NCBI GenBank assembly: GCA_036785375.1
Contig: JAWMAR010000030.1
Span: forward strand, 5,084,001 to 5,148,000
From: Leucoraja ocellata
Taxonomy: Eukaryota
DNA: 64,000 bases
Direction: 5' to 3'
The position numbers were made by a program, and so were the translations under genes. The notes beneath the pieces are model-generated. The model was not told the DNA's origin. It saw only the letters and a list, made by a program, of their open reading frames with translations, and did no database searches. This document shows, piece after piece, positions 37,116 through 49,382 of this stretch (position 1 is its first letter; every line of letters starts with the position of its first letter).

Positions 37116-38293
37116 GTGAGTACTACTTTCTTTGTAGATTGTCTACAGGTGGTTGAGGGCCACCTAAATGTTGTATTTTTGACAAGCTTCATGGAAACTC
37201 TGTTGTGAAATAATAATGTTCACACATCTAACCATCAATATTAGGTGGAACTAATTACAACATAAGGAAATTATTGAAGATAAATTTCTGTCAAACTATA
37301 ATTTCAATGTTTGTCCCTTACTTTGCAACTGAAGCTTTCTCCCTGCGTGTGCTGTCAGATGTGAATGTTGCAGTTTCACTGTCAAGTTTTCTTACAAATC
37401 CTTTCTTAAAACCATGCAATTATTGTGGCTATCTGGGGGTTACCTGTCATGATTAGTCAGAATAAATACTTTCAAAAAATAATTGGGGCTACGATGCCCA
37501 CCATAATGTTTGGGACAAAGACCCATCATTTATTTCTTTGCCTCTGTACTCCACTATTTGAGATTTGTAATAGAAAAAATCACATGTGGTTAAAGTGCAC
37601 ATTGTCAGATTTTATTAAAGTTATTTTTATACATGTTGGTTTCACCATGTAGAAATTACAACTGTGTTTATACATAGTTGCTCCCCCCCATTTCAGGGCA
37701 CCATATTCTTTGGGACACATGGCTTCACAGGCGTTTGTAATTGCTCAGGTATGTTTAAATGCCTCCTTAATACAGGTATAAGAGAGCTCTCAGCACCTAG
37801 TCTTTCCTCCAGTATTTTCATCACCTTTGGAATTTTTTTGTGCTGTTTATCAACACGATGACCAAAGTTGTGCCAATGAAAGTCAAATAAGCCATTATGA
37901 GAATGAGAAACAAGAATACAACTGTTAGAGACATCAGCCAAAATCAACTGTTTGGGACATCATTAAGAAGAAAGAGAGCACTGGTGAGCTTACTAATTGC
38001 AAAGGGACTGGCAGGCCAAGGAAGACCTCCACAGCTGATGACAGAAAAATTATCTCTATAATAAAGAAAAATCCCCAAACACCTATCCGACAGATCAAAA
38101 ACACTCTCCAGGAGTCAGGTGTGGATTTGGCAATGACCACTGTCTGTGGAAGACTTCATGAACAGAAATACAGAGACTACACTGCAAGATGCAAACCACT
38201 GGTTAGCTGCAAAATAGTATGACCAGGTTACAGTTTGCCAAGAAGTACTTAAAAGAGCAACCACAGTTCTGGAAAAAGATCTTGTGGCAGATG

Positions 38294-39185
38294 TAGGCGG
38301 CGCGGCTCTGGCCAGCAGCGGCCTCTGCAGCCTGTCCGCGTTTTTATTATTTTTGTCTATGTTTTTATGTAGTGTTTGTTATTTTATGTTGGGGTGCGTG
38401 TGTGGGGGGGTGGGGGTGGGGTGGGAGGGGGGGGGAAACTTTTTGAATCTCTCCCTGCACTGAGACCAGACCTTTTCTCGTCGGGTCTCAGTCGTCGTTG
38501 AGGCCGCAACGAGGAGCGGCCTCCAACAGGAAGAGACCGGGGACTCGGGTGTCGACTCACCTCACCGTAGCGGAGCTGGCCGGGTCCGGAGTGGTGGAGG
38601 AGTGCTGCTGCTGCTGGTGCTGTTGCTGCTGCTGCTGATGCTGTTGCTGCTGCTGCTGCTGCTGCCGGAGAGTCGGAGGCTCTCTACAGGTCTGTGGACG
38701 ACGGCGCCGAGCCCACGGCTCCCTGGGGGGAGACCGCTTTTCGGGGCTTCTGCGGCGGCGACTTCTCCCGCCCGAGTTGCGGGGTCGAAGAGCTCCTGGA
38801 GCGGGGCCTAGCACCGCTGCCCCGCGCGGCTGGAATGGCCGCGGACTCTGCGAGCGCACGCCGGGGGCTCTAACACCAAGACCCGGTGTGCGACCTCGCA
38901 CCACCCGGCGTGGCTTTAATGGCCGCGGGACAATCGCCATCGCCAGCCGGGGGCTATGACTTTGACTCTGACATCGGGGGGGGGGGGGGGGGGGGAGAGT
39001 GCAGTGGAGAGATACGTTTATTTGGCCTTCCATCACAGTTATGTGATGGATGTTTATGTTAAATGTAAATATGTTGTGTCTGGGGTCTATTTGTGTGTAA
39101 TGTATGGCTGCAGAAACGGCATTTCGTTTGGACCTCCAGGGGTCCAAATGACAAATAAATTGATTCTGATTCTGATTCTGATTCT
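38294..39185 (+). mobile_element. GC-rich non-autonomous retroposon (~890 bp) nested in the Tc1 transposase
   Basis: Interrupts the Tc1 ..GAT G|AG.. and is flanked by GATG (38290-38293, 39186-39189). Its 3' end has the stem-loop TTTGGACC..GGTCCAAA, then AATAAA and an (ATTCTG)4 tail. Confidence 0.8.
38603..38665. repeat. Imperfect (CTG)n trinucleotide repeat inside the retroposon
   Basis: gctgctgctgctggtgctgttgctgctgctgctgatgctgttgctgctgctg...; source of the poly-Q and poly-L ORFs in the track. Confidence 0.9.
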
Positions 39186-39769
39186 GATGAGGTGAAGATT
39201 AACTTATATCAGAGTGATGGCAAGAGCAAAATATGGAGGAGAGAAGGAGCTGCCCAAGATCCAAAGCATGCCACATCATCTGTGAAACACGGTGGTGGGG
39301 GTGTTATGACCTGGCCATGTATGGCTGCTGAAGGTATTGGCTCACATCTTCATTGATGATACAACTGCTGATGGCAGTAGCATAATGAATTCTGAAGTGT
39401 ACAGACACATCCTACCTGCTCAGGTTCCAACAAATGCCTCAAAACTCATTGGCCGGTGGTTCATTCTACAGCAAGACAATGATCCCAAACATACTGCTAA
39501 AGCAACAAAGGAGTTTTTCAAAGCCTAAAAATGGTAAATTCTTAAGTGGCCAAGTCAATCACCCGAACTGAACTCAATTGAATGCCTTTTCTGGCATGCC
39601 TTTTATATGCTGAAGAGAAAACTGAAGGGGACTAGCTCCCAAAACAAGCATAAGCTAAAGATGGCTGTAATACAGGCCTGGCAGAGCAGGGCACTGTATT
39701 TCTGAGGGAATGGAGCCAGGGGTTGGGACACTTTTGTTGGTTTAGAGCTGCCACAGCCATAATGGTATC

Positions 39770-40210
39770 ATATTAATTTATTATTGTCACACATACCGTG
39801 ATAGCGTGAAAAAAGGTGTGAGCCATCCAGTCAAATCATAATATAAATGAGTAGGAACAAGCCGTACACAAGTTCAAGTAGTACAAAGTGCAAACGATCA
39901 GAATCCAGCATATAGTGTTACGCCGTGATAGCATTATAGTTGCACAAAAAGTGCAGATAAAATAAGTGTAAGATTGTAATAGGTTGGGAGATGGGACTAT
40001 CCCCTAGCTTATGGGAGGATCGTTCAGAAGTCTGGTAATGGCAGGGAAGAATCTGTTTATGAATCTGACGGTATTCATAAGCCTCTATTTTCTGCCCGTT
40101 GGGAGAGGGGAGAAGGTGGAATGAAGGGGTGAAAATGGTCCTTGATTATGTTGATGCTTTTCCCGTGACATTGTGATGTATTGATGGAACTGATGAGGCA
40201 TGTAGATGTG
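39770..40210 (-). mobile_element. Rex1/Babar-like LINE 3' end
   Basis: Minus strand IIKDHFHPFIPPSPLS..GRK and a 3' end TGTGACAATAATAAA; similar to 60615-60990. Confidence 0.65.
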
Positions 40211-41039
40211 GGGGGGGGGGGGGGGGGGGTGTTTAATCTGCTGGATGATCTCATGTTTTGCAAAATTATTTTCAATAAAGAAATAATCGTGTCTTTTCTA
40301 CTCGTACATCAGCTGCTCTGTCAAAAATACAAACGGTTAAAAGTGACAGCTGTTTTTGTTATTGAATTTCGTTGTCCTTGTTGTAAAGATTGTGTTACTT
40401 GACCATGTTTTCAATTGACTCAAGTTTGATCATAAATTACTTGAGAAGGGCTCAAGTTCCTCGAAGGGGCTCAAGAGAATTGGCTCCATGAGAGAAAATA
40501 ATAAGCCGATGCCGCATTCTGCTTAAATAACGATACGTAAATAGTTTATTGGGGAAAGGGATAGTATCCTATATCAACGTTCTCATTTCAGTGATGGAAA
40601 GAAATGGCCATATTATTTTATGGTTGACTATTTAAAGAAGTCAACAAGTATTCTACACGGGCAGTGCTACACATTAGAATGGCAGATAGTCTGCTTAACC
40701 GATCAGTGTCCACAGGAACTTGATTCTGGTTGCCGGGTTTGTGTTTGGGTATATGTCCTAATTAAAACATTTGAGGTTTGGGTCGAGTCTGGCTATGCCG
40801 CAAAGTCCGAGAGAGGCTGACATTCGTTGTGTGTAAGAAGGAATTGGAGGGAGAGGGCAGGCAATCTGAAAATGATGGGTTAGATTGGGGAAAATATCTT
40901 GAGTACTTGACTTGGTTTTGGATCAGATTAGGTAATGCTAGACTTAATTTTTATTTTAGACCACCCAACTAGAATGGCATCCTTTACGATCATGTGAGCA
41001 GCAAATGAAAGAATGACACTCATTTGCATGCCTTGAAAG

Positions 41040-42026
41040 CAGGGCCGGACTTAGGAGTTGCGGGGCCCAATTGGGAACAATTTTCATAGAAATATATAAT
41101 TATAAATGAGTTATATTCAAGCACGTGCTGTGAGTAATTACTCAGGGTCGGCTTTTAAAAAATCTTAATGTATGCGCAGATTGTTCTCTCCACAAAAATA
41201 AAAAATAAAAATAAAGAAAGTAACAATTCAATTTGCCCAAGGCTTCCAAATCTCCTTCTTTCTGAATAACTGAATGGGTGGGGGTTGGAGGGTGGAGAGA
41301 TGGTGGAAATATCGGGAGCACACCAGGACAAGTTGAATCGGTTGTGATCTTATTGAATGACTATACTAGTTCAAAGGACCAATTGGAGGGAGAGTTCCTT
41401 TCGCAGCGTGTGGGGAGTCTGGCCAGGGGTAAAGTTGCGGGGAGGGCAGGAGCATTGAGAAGGAGGGTGTCGAGGATCATACCGATAACCCACTCATTCA
41501 CCGCTGCCATGGCGCTCCGGACGTGGAGCCACCGCATTGTGGCTGAGGAGGGAAGCAACACGTGTGGCTATGAGCGGCCACCGGGACCGCAGCGCCTTCT
41601 GCCAGCCCACACGCCTCTGGCAGTGCTCTCCGTCTGAACAGTGAGGGGACCAGCTCAAGAGCAAAGATCATAGAGCAGAGTGGGTCAGCGGGTGATGGAT
41701 AACAGGACAGCGGGCAGTGGAGCCTACTCCTGTGTCAGCGCGAACAAGGGACCAATTGAGGTTACTCGCACTGACATATGGAGTACGCTCCACCGCCCAC
41801 TGTCCTGTTATTCATCGCCCGCTAACCCGCTCTTGAGCTGGATGATCCCCGACCCCTTCCTTCTCAACGTTCCTGCCCTCCCTGCAACTTTACCCCTGGC
41901 CAGACTCCCCACACGCTGTGAAAGGAACTCTTTCCCCCCCCCCACCTCCGTAATATTTCCGTACGGAATATTAGTGTGGGGCCCCAATTGGGAGCAATCG
42001 GTCCAATCGGCTTAAGGCCGGCCCTG
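41040..42026. mobile_element. Non-autonomous hAT-type DNA transposon, 987 bp
   Basis: Perfect 8-bp TSD CTTGAAAG (41032-41039, 42027-42034); TIR CAGGGCCGG(A/C)CTTA; subterminal GGGGCCC(C)AATTGGGA at both ends. Confidence 0.92.
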
Positions 42027-42899
42027 CTTGAAAGTGAGGTAAAAAAGCCACAGCCAACTTAATGTCAGACACAATTAGTAACGCGTGCAATCTAAATAAT
42101 ATTGTAATTCTTTGAAAGGTGTTGATTGTTTTTCATGCTCTAGTTAGGAAGATCACCTATTACTCTACTTAATTATCCCTGCTGGGAATACGTAATTTAC
42201 TGTCGTATTGTTGTAAGCCCTTGGCATTATCTATTATTTTGCACCTTGGACAGTTGAAGTAGTGTTCTTAAGATAGCCTTTGGAATTTTTATTGGTGGTA
42301 AATGCCAATGTGTTAGTGAACACCTGCATGCCATCAAGTTATGTGTTTAAGGATTTCAGGGCAAGCCTTTAAGTAAATAATAATGCAATTGCTGAACAAA
42401 AAAATTTGCCGTAAATAAATGCATGGCTGTGAAATGCATCTCGCTATCCTTTGCTGGAAACAAAGTACAGCTGAATCAGTTTGGTTGGTACAAAAATTAA
42501 CAGGTTACATTTCGAGGATTTGAATGTTTGAGGATCAATGAAGATGCGTGACAAATCACTTTAAATTCGCAACATGTAAAATAGCTAATGATGCTGAACA
42601 GTTGCAGCTTTTGACAATTCATTGCTTCTGAAGGATTTCTAAGTTTATTTAGTAGACATTTCATCCAGAAAAATTCCCACTTGAGGTGAGGGTATAATTT
42701 CATTATGTGCCATAGTTTCAAAACTTGCCGGGCAAGGAGAGGGACAACAGTTTGCGCGACGATTTGGTTCATGTCAACAGCTGTAAAAGGCCTTTATGGC
42801 CATCTGCAGCTGGGACTTTGAAATGGTGCTAAAACCTGGCGACTCCTGCATATAGACTCGGTGAACTGTTTCTAGGCTTTCTACACTTAATTGGGGCTG

Positions 42900-42990
42900 T
42901 ACTTATGCATGGCAATAATCTTACTGATCTGTATGCAAAAATCAAAGAATTTCACTATACCTCGGGACACGTGATAATAAAGAACCATCA
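42900..42990 (+). mobile_element. Rex1-like LINE 3' tail fragment
   Basis: GAATTTCACTATACCTCGGGACACGTGATAATAAA resembles the tail at 60955-60990. Confidence 0.45.
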
Positions 42991-43894
42991 GCTCGATGGT
43001 AACTTTGCTGGCCGAGATCTATTGGTAATTGCTTGGCTGCGATTTGAGGCTACGTTACTCTGGTACAGTGGCAGCTCGCTGGAGATCTGCTCTCACATCT
43101 TCCAACTTGTTGGATCACGTTAACAATATTTCTGAAAACAATATAAAATCTCTCACCTGTAAGAGCGAGCATATTTGTGTAGGTGGAGATGTAACCAGTT
43201 TGAGGTATTGTGTGGTTTCAAGTATTTGGGTTTGTAATTATTCTGGTGATATCCACAGGTGGGGCGTATCTGGTCCAGCCCATGTGTTGCGATGTGATCA
43301 CATGAGATTCTCCTCAATGTCTTTCCACTCGGCTCAAGACTCTTCTCAGTCAAATGAGTTTTCCTTGGTGGAACTGACAATGCATATCAATGCAGTCCAG
43401 TACAGTGAAAACAGTGCCTCAATGAAAACCGGCCCAATTAATTGAAAACAAAAATATATTTTCTACACATTGATTTTGCATCATGTGGTTTCTGTGAAAT
43501 TTTGATATGCTTTGTTCTTTGTCGCTGTAAGAAAGCACCCATGCCCTTGAGTTAGATGTTTAATGATTTGGTTGCACTCCAGAGATCTGAACACAGGATT
43601 TAGACTGACAATACAATGTACTAAAAGAATGGTGTCCTTCCAAAGGAGGTGGTAAACTAAGAGCAGTGAAGAGGACAGAGGAATATCTGTTATTTGGTGT
43701 GGACTGAAGCTGTTGTAACAACTATTGTATAAATTAGCAAGTAAAAATTGAAGGGGAAAAAAAGAAAAATAAATTGCAGTGTGAAGAGAAGGAATGAAAT
43801 TTTAAATTCACGATTGAGTTCTGAAGGAATGTGCATACAGAAGACAAAGTGCAGTGCTTTAATGTGAAACAAGGAACTGCGGACGTTGATTTAC

Positions 43895-44880
43895 AAAAAA
43901 GGTATAAAGTGCTGGAGTAACTCAGCAGGTCAGGCAGCATCTCTGGAGAACGTGAATAGGTGATGTTTTGGGTAAGGACCTTTTTTCAGACTGGTTATAA
44001 TGGTGGGGGGGGGGGGGGGGGGGCAGGATAAAGCCTGACAAGTGATAGGTGGATACAGGTGAGGGAGGGTTTTGCGAGGCAGATGGTTGGACAAAAGCCA
44101 GAGATGAAAAGACAAAAGGTGTGAGGAATGGATAGAAGAGTTGCAAATTGTGAAGCCAGAGGTTGGAGTGTAGGGGAGGGGAGAAATGGCTGTGAGTGCA
44201 GGAAGGGAGAGAGGGCTGAAAAAAAAGGGGGGGGGGGGCGGTGGGGTTTGCTAGTTACCTAAAATTAAATAATTCAGTGTTAATGCCATTAAGTTGTAAG
44301 CTACCCAAATGGAATATATGGGGCTGTCCCTCCAGTTTCCGTGTTGCTTCACTCTGGCAATGGAAGCGGCCCAGGACAGAAAGATCAGCACGGGAATGGG
44401 AAGAGGAGTTAAAATAGTTACCAAGTGGGCGATTCAGTAAGCAGTCGTCTGGTCCACCCTCTCCCTCACCAATGTAAAAGAGGCCACATGAGGAACATGT
44501 GGAGATGAGGTTACACGAGGTGCATGTGAATCTCGGTCTCATCTGGAAGGATTGCTTGGGGTGCCTGGATGGATGCGAGGGAGGAGGTATCCCCCTCTCT
44601 CTTCCCACCAGAATTAGGATAGGTTCTCCCTTGCCCTCGGCTTCCACCCATATGCCTCCAGGTTCAGTGGCTTATCGTTCAATATATATCGTTCATCTTT
44701 ACAGGGCAACCCTGAATTTCCAGTCACCTGACACTTTATTTTGCAATCCCACTCCCACCACAATGTTTCTACTTTTGTCAACCAAGTCCACCAATGTACT
44801 CAGTAGAAGCTTCTAGATGAGCACCTCATCTTTCACCTCGGCATGTTGCATCCTTGGCATTTGGCACTTTTGGGTAACCA
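43895..44880. mobile_element. Penelope-like fragment (-, 43895-44590) with an adjoining inverted fragment (+, 44590-44880)
   Basis: Minus peptide PKQSFQMRPRFTCTSCNLISTCSSCGLFYIGE..YFNS..CQSEATRKLEGQPHIF (GIY-YIG) and a terminus at 43905-43995. The + part AGGATAGGTTCTCCCTTGCCCTC..TTCCACCC resembles 17395-17430. Confidence 0.8.
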
Positions 44881-45357
44881 CCAATTGTTCTCCCTCTTGA
44901 AGTGGCTGGAGATTGTATTTTTTTCCCCCTCTTCTGTTTTTAATTGCTGGTTTTTAATGTAATGGATGTAATTTGGATGTGCCCCATCTGTATGCAACAT
45001 CCCTCTCAGCAAATTAAAATTTCTTGTTTTCTCAGCTATCTAATTCTGCAGACATGAAACATATGCCTGACATGAAACATTGATTCTGGTTCTTTTCTCA
45101 CAATGGTCTTTGGCCTGCTAAGAGCTTCTACCATTTTCTGCTTTTGTTTCAGACTGCCACCATCTGTAGTTTTTGACTCCAATTATCACATCAGTCTTTG
45201 CGGGACCTTACACTGCCCATTTATTACAGAATAAATTTTTGATATAGCGCAACAGTGAAAATCGTACATATGTATTTGGGGGTGACGCTCTTTTTGAACA
45301 CCGAGGTTGTGAGTAAAATGTCATCGTAAAAGTTTGCTGTCTTTTGTTTCTCTGCAG

Positions 45358-45492
45358 GCAGTGAAAGGGCAGGGGTTAGTGCTGCATCAGCTCCTTCAGA
45401 TGTGGAACCATCACTACCTCATCCTCCTACCAGTGGTCACCTTATGGCTCAGAAAATGAAACTAGGTCGGCAACTTGAGGAAAATGAAACAG
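45358..45492 (+). CDS. GBF1: GBF1 window exon 13 (135 nt), divergent linker
   Basis: ttttgtttctctgcag| (G)SERAGVSAASAPSDVEPSLPHPPTSGHLMAQKMKLGRQLEENET |gtaaag; phase 1-1 fits both neighbours. Confidence 0.85.
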
Positions 45493-46249
45493 GTAAAGGT
45501 GTAGTAGGTGGAAACCTTCCTTGGTTGTATAACAGTTTTTCTTTGATACAGATAAATGTAATTTTCATCTTGAGAACTCCAATGTGCCAATAAACCTGCA
45601 GGTTGGAAATCTGAGATACTTTGCTTGCCTGTTTGGTTCATCTTGCAACAAAAAAAAGTTGTATTCTACGAAAGAACATGGTCCCTTTGAAACTGTCCTT
45701 TGAAACCCATGCAAAAATGTATTCGTCAGTTTCCTATCATTTCTGGCAGTAGATTTTTAGTATAGTTCTTTTTAGTATATGAAGTAACAAAGAGAAGTTT
45801 CTTGGTGAAGCTAATATAATATAGCTGGAATAAATGAGAGGTTAGATCTTTAATTTAATCTTAGTGTGATCCTTTTGGAAAAGTAATTGAATAGTTTAAG
45901 GATTAGATGACTCTTGTATTTCCATAATCTCTTGGAGTAAAATAAAAAAATTGGCACTTTCTAAATAATCCTGTTGAGCTGTGGATATGGTCAGCTCTGA
46001 GGTCTTTGCTGAATTTATCAGTGTCTTTGGTAAGGATGTAATGAAGCTGCTACATTTAATTGTAATTCCACAATTTAGAGGAATGAAAAAATAAGCGTAT
46101 TTTATTCCAAAACCTGAAAATGTGAGTTTATAAACTGGATGACACATGCGTGGTATCTTCTTACCATAGTCGTAAAAGTTTGTGTAAACGGTAATCTGTT
46201 TCCAGAAATGAAATAAATTGAAAGAATAATTTGGGTTCAACAAATTGGA

Positions 46250-47285
46250 AAGGTATGGATGAAGTTAAAGGGAGCACAGGAGAGGTTACTAAAGTCTCCA
46301 GAAGAAGTAATAAGACAAAGTTTAAGAAGCGATAAGAGTCTCTCAGGCAAAATGGGGAGCAATTTGAGAAGAGAGGTGGTGAATACTGAACTAAAGGTGT
46401 TATATTTGCTTGTACGTAGTATACGGAACCAAGTGGAGGAGCCTATCGCACAGTTAGAAATTGGCAGGTGTAACGTTGTGGGCTCAGTAAGATGTGGCTA
46501 AATGAGGATCAGAACTGAGAGCTGAACATCGAAGGATACATATCCTATCGTAAAAAAAGACAGGCAGATGGGTGCGGTGACTGCTGATAAGGAATTACAT
46601 TCAATCCTCAGCAAGGATGATGTAGGATCAGTAGATGAAGAATCCTTGTGGGTAGAGTTAAGAATCTGCAAATGTAGAAATATCCCGATGGAAGTTATAT
46701 ACCAGTCTCCGAACAGTAGCTAGGATGTAGGGTACAAATCACACCAGGATATGCAATCGGCATGTAAGAAAGGCAATGTTATCGTGGTTATGTGGGATTT
46801 CAATGTGCAGGTAGATTGGGGAAATCAGGTTGGTTCTGGATCCGAAGACAAGGAATTTGTAGAGTGGCTTCTTGGAGCAGCTTGTCGTTGAGCTTACTCG
46901 GGGAAAATACAATTCAGAACTTGGTGTTGTACCATGAACTGGATTTGTTTAAGGTAAAAGAACCCCCGAGGAAGTAGTGTCCATAATATGATAAAATTGA
47001 AACTGCAGTTTGCGAGGGAGAAGATGAAATCAGTTGTGTCGGTATTACTGTTGAGTAAAGTTAACGACAGAGGTATAAGGGAGGAGCTGGTGATTATTGA
47101 ATGGAAATGAAACCTAGTCGGAATGACAGTGGAGCAACCATGGTAGCTTGCCAGGTACTTGATTTGTAAAGGTATCAAAGGTTATGGGAAGACGACAGGA
47201 GAATCGGGTTAAGAGGGAAGGATAAGAGGCATGATTGAATGGCAGATTGATGGGCCGAATAGCCTAATTCTGCTCCTATGACATG
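46250..47285 (+). mobile_element. CR1 LINE remnant: AP-endonuclease region fused to the 3' UTR
   Basis: LKVLYLLVRSIRNQVEE (~NARSI), ESLWVELR and VMWDFN (~GDFN) motifs, then a direct jump at about 47150 to GGTATCAAAGGTTATGGG..GGGCCGAATAGCCTAATTCTGCTCCTATG. Confidence 0.75.
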
Positions 47286-47609
47286 GAAAAAGTTCAACTT
47301 TGTAATTAATTATATTTCATTTTTCTAGATGTCAATGTTGCTGGCATTTATCTAAAATTCCCCTTGAATAGCTGGCGAACCGCCATCTTGAACCATTTAC
47401 ATTCTGTGTGTATTTTTAATTGTCAATGCTTTATTAGAAATAAATAATTTTTAAGATTAGAATTCAGGCACAAAGCTGAAAGCCTTTCTGCAGATTGTTT
47501 TAATGTTGTATGGATTGAAAAGAGCTAGAAAGCCAGATGTTAAAATGTATTCTTTACCGTGTATATAGACAAGCTTTCAATGTTAATAAGTTCTGGTGCT
47601 TACTTATAG

Positions 47610-47698
47610 TAGAGAAGAAGACGCCAAAGAAGCCACCTCGATTCTCGTCTTTCCTACCAACTGCTCAAGAATTGTTGAAGATAAAATCCAAGAAGAAG
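47610..47698 (+). CDS. GBF1: GBF1 window exon 14 (89 nt, or 86 nt from 47613)
   Basis: tacttatag|tag| (V)EKKTPKKPPRFSSFLPTAQELLKIKSKKK |gtaaag; tandem TAGTAG acceptor. Confidence 0.9.
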
Positions 47699-48151
47699 GT
47701 AAAGGAGAGCATTTATTACTAACTTGCGAGTAAACATTTCAATTATTGGGTCAGAATAATATGCATATCCCATTACAATTTACACATAAGTTTCTGAAAT
47801 TGCTTCTCTTCGTTGACAACTGCTCTGCTTAAAAGATTTGTCATGTGAACGCAGGATTAGTACTGACATCGGATTAATAGTTAAATAGACTTTGTATTCA
47901 TTTGGATAAATTTGTGTGGTGCGGATGAATTGTGCCAATCGTTGCCTTGCTCTTTGTCCTACAACTTCAAACTTTCTTCCAAATATGTCTACTATTTGGA
48001 AAGATTTTACTTTTTGCTCCATTCTGGAGCAATTTTACATTTTACTCCATGACTTCTTTCATACTTTTTTCCACAGTATCATAAGTAGATTATGTAACTG
48101 GGCCAACGCATTCAGTTTTCCTTTACATTTGCTTTCCTCAAATGAACCTGA

Positions 48152-48733
48152 AGGGCCTGTCCCACTTAGGCGATTTTTCAGCGGACTGCCAGCGACTGTC
48201 AAGTTCGCAGCACTCGCCTGAAAAACCGGGAACTGGAACGGCGACTGTCAGTGGAGAACACGCACGCCCGCACCCACCCGCAAAGGCGGGGGCTAGGGAA
48301 AGCGGGGGAGCGCTGTCTGAAATTCACACGGTGCAAAGCCAAGGTGATACAGACACACACCATGATGAACAGGAAGGTTAAGACGGCAAGCACAGTATAC
48401 GGCAAGTCTTTTAAAAGAGGAGGGAGAAGGAGTGGAGACACTTTTAAGAAGCCAGACAACTTTTGATAAGCCAGAGATACACAGTTGTGAAGTTTGGCAT
48501 TTAACACTACCGGTTGGTTATCCTTGGTTCTGAAAACATGTGCTTACGTTTTTTTTCCCCAATGAGCCATCGAAAATGCCCGGTCAGCAAAGGCAAATAA
48601 CAAAAACTGCCTACAACTACCTCGACTACCCACAACTACATGGCGACCCCACTACAACTGCACCTACGACTACAGGATTATCGATTTTCTCCATGGCTAC
48701 CAATTTTTGGTCTTGGAAAGTGGGACAGGCCCT
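48152..48733. mobile_element. PIF/Harbinger-type MITE, 582 bp
   Basis: 16-bp TIR AGGGCCTGTCCCACTT / AAGTGGGACAGGCCCT; 3-bp TSD TGA (48149-48151, 48734-48736). Confidence 0.88.
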
Positions 48734-49382
48734 TGAGTTTGGAACACAGTGAAGGAAACTCTTCAGAGTTTACAGCCTGTGCTTCTGAGTGAAATGTATC
48801 CAATGGTAATAACATGGAACATTCATAAAGTGCCTGTTAACTTTCTTGGTGGTGGTAAAAACACAAATGAATAAATCAATTTTTATGGCTATCTCTCTCT
48901 CTCTCCATATTGTTGTGTAGTGCATTAGCCATACACCTGATATCTGTAAACTCCACATTCCTCTGATACTGGCTTCCTGCGCAATACTGCGCAATTCACC
49001 TACCAATTGCAGTTTTGCCTTGAGGCACCTGGGTCACTACTGTTCACCCCCATTTCTGCTCTTCCTTAATCTGAAAGAACAAGTGTGAGACCACTCTGTT
49101 AATGAGATTACTATGAATTGTCTTAAATATTTAATGTTAATAAAATGTGGGCTCTATATTGCAAAGCTTATGGTTACTTTCAATTTCTGTTTGCTAAAGA
49201 GATTCCTCAATAAAAAGTCAGAAGTTCATCTTGGCAGCTTTGTTAGCGTGTCCAAAATCAAACCAGATGTTTGGTTTAAACTTGTATAAATATAATCCTA
49301 AACAGTTAATTTTGGAAGATATAAGCACCTCTAAGCACTTCAAAAAATTGTATCATGTTTTTGTATCTTCTCTCTTCACAAG

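Larger units (their letters stand above)
37492..39696 (+). mobile_element. Decayed Tc1 (D34E) transposon, interrupted by an insertion and deleted near the right end
   Basis: Left end TA|CGATGCCCACCATAATGTTTGGGAC, right end AGGGCACTG|TA. Transposase remnants: GRPRKTSTADDRKI, RLQFAKKYL, KILW..DE, VKHGGGGVM, QQDNDPKHT..WPSQSPELNSIE with 34 residues between D and E. Stops and frameshifts are present. Confidence 0.9.

Noticed and set aside
38557-39195. 196-aa poly-Q ORF and poly-L ORF
   Set aside because: By-products of the (CTG)n repeat and high GC in the nested retroposon, with no domain or splice context.
40210-40229. Long poly-G runs (also near 38976, 44004, 44227) as G-quadruplex elements
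   Set aside because: All lie in or next to repeat remnants, and homopolymer length is unreliable in assemblies.
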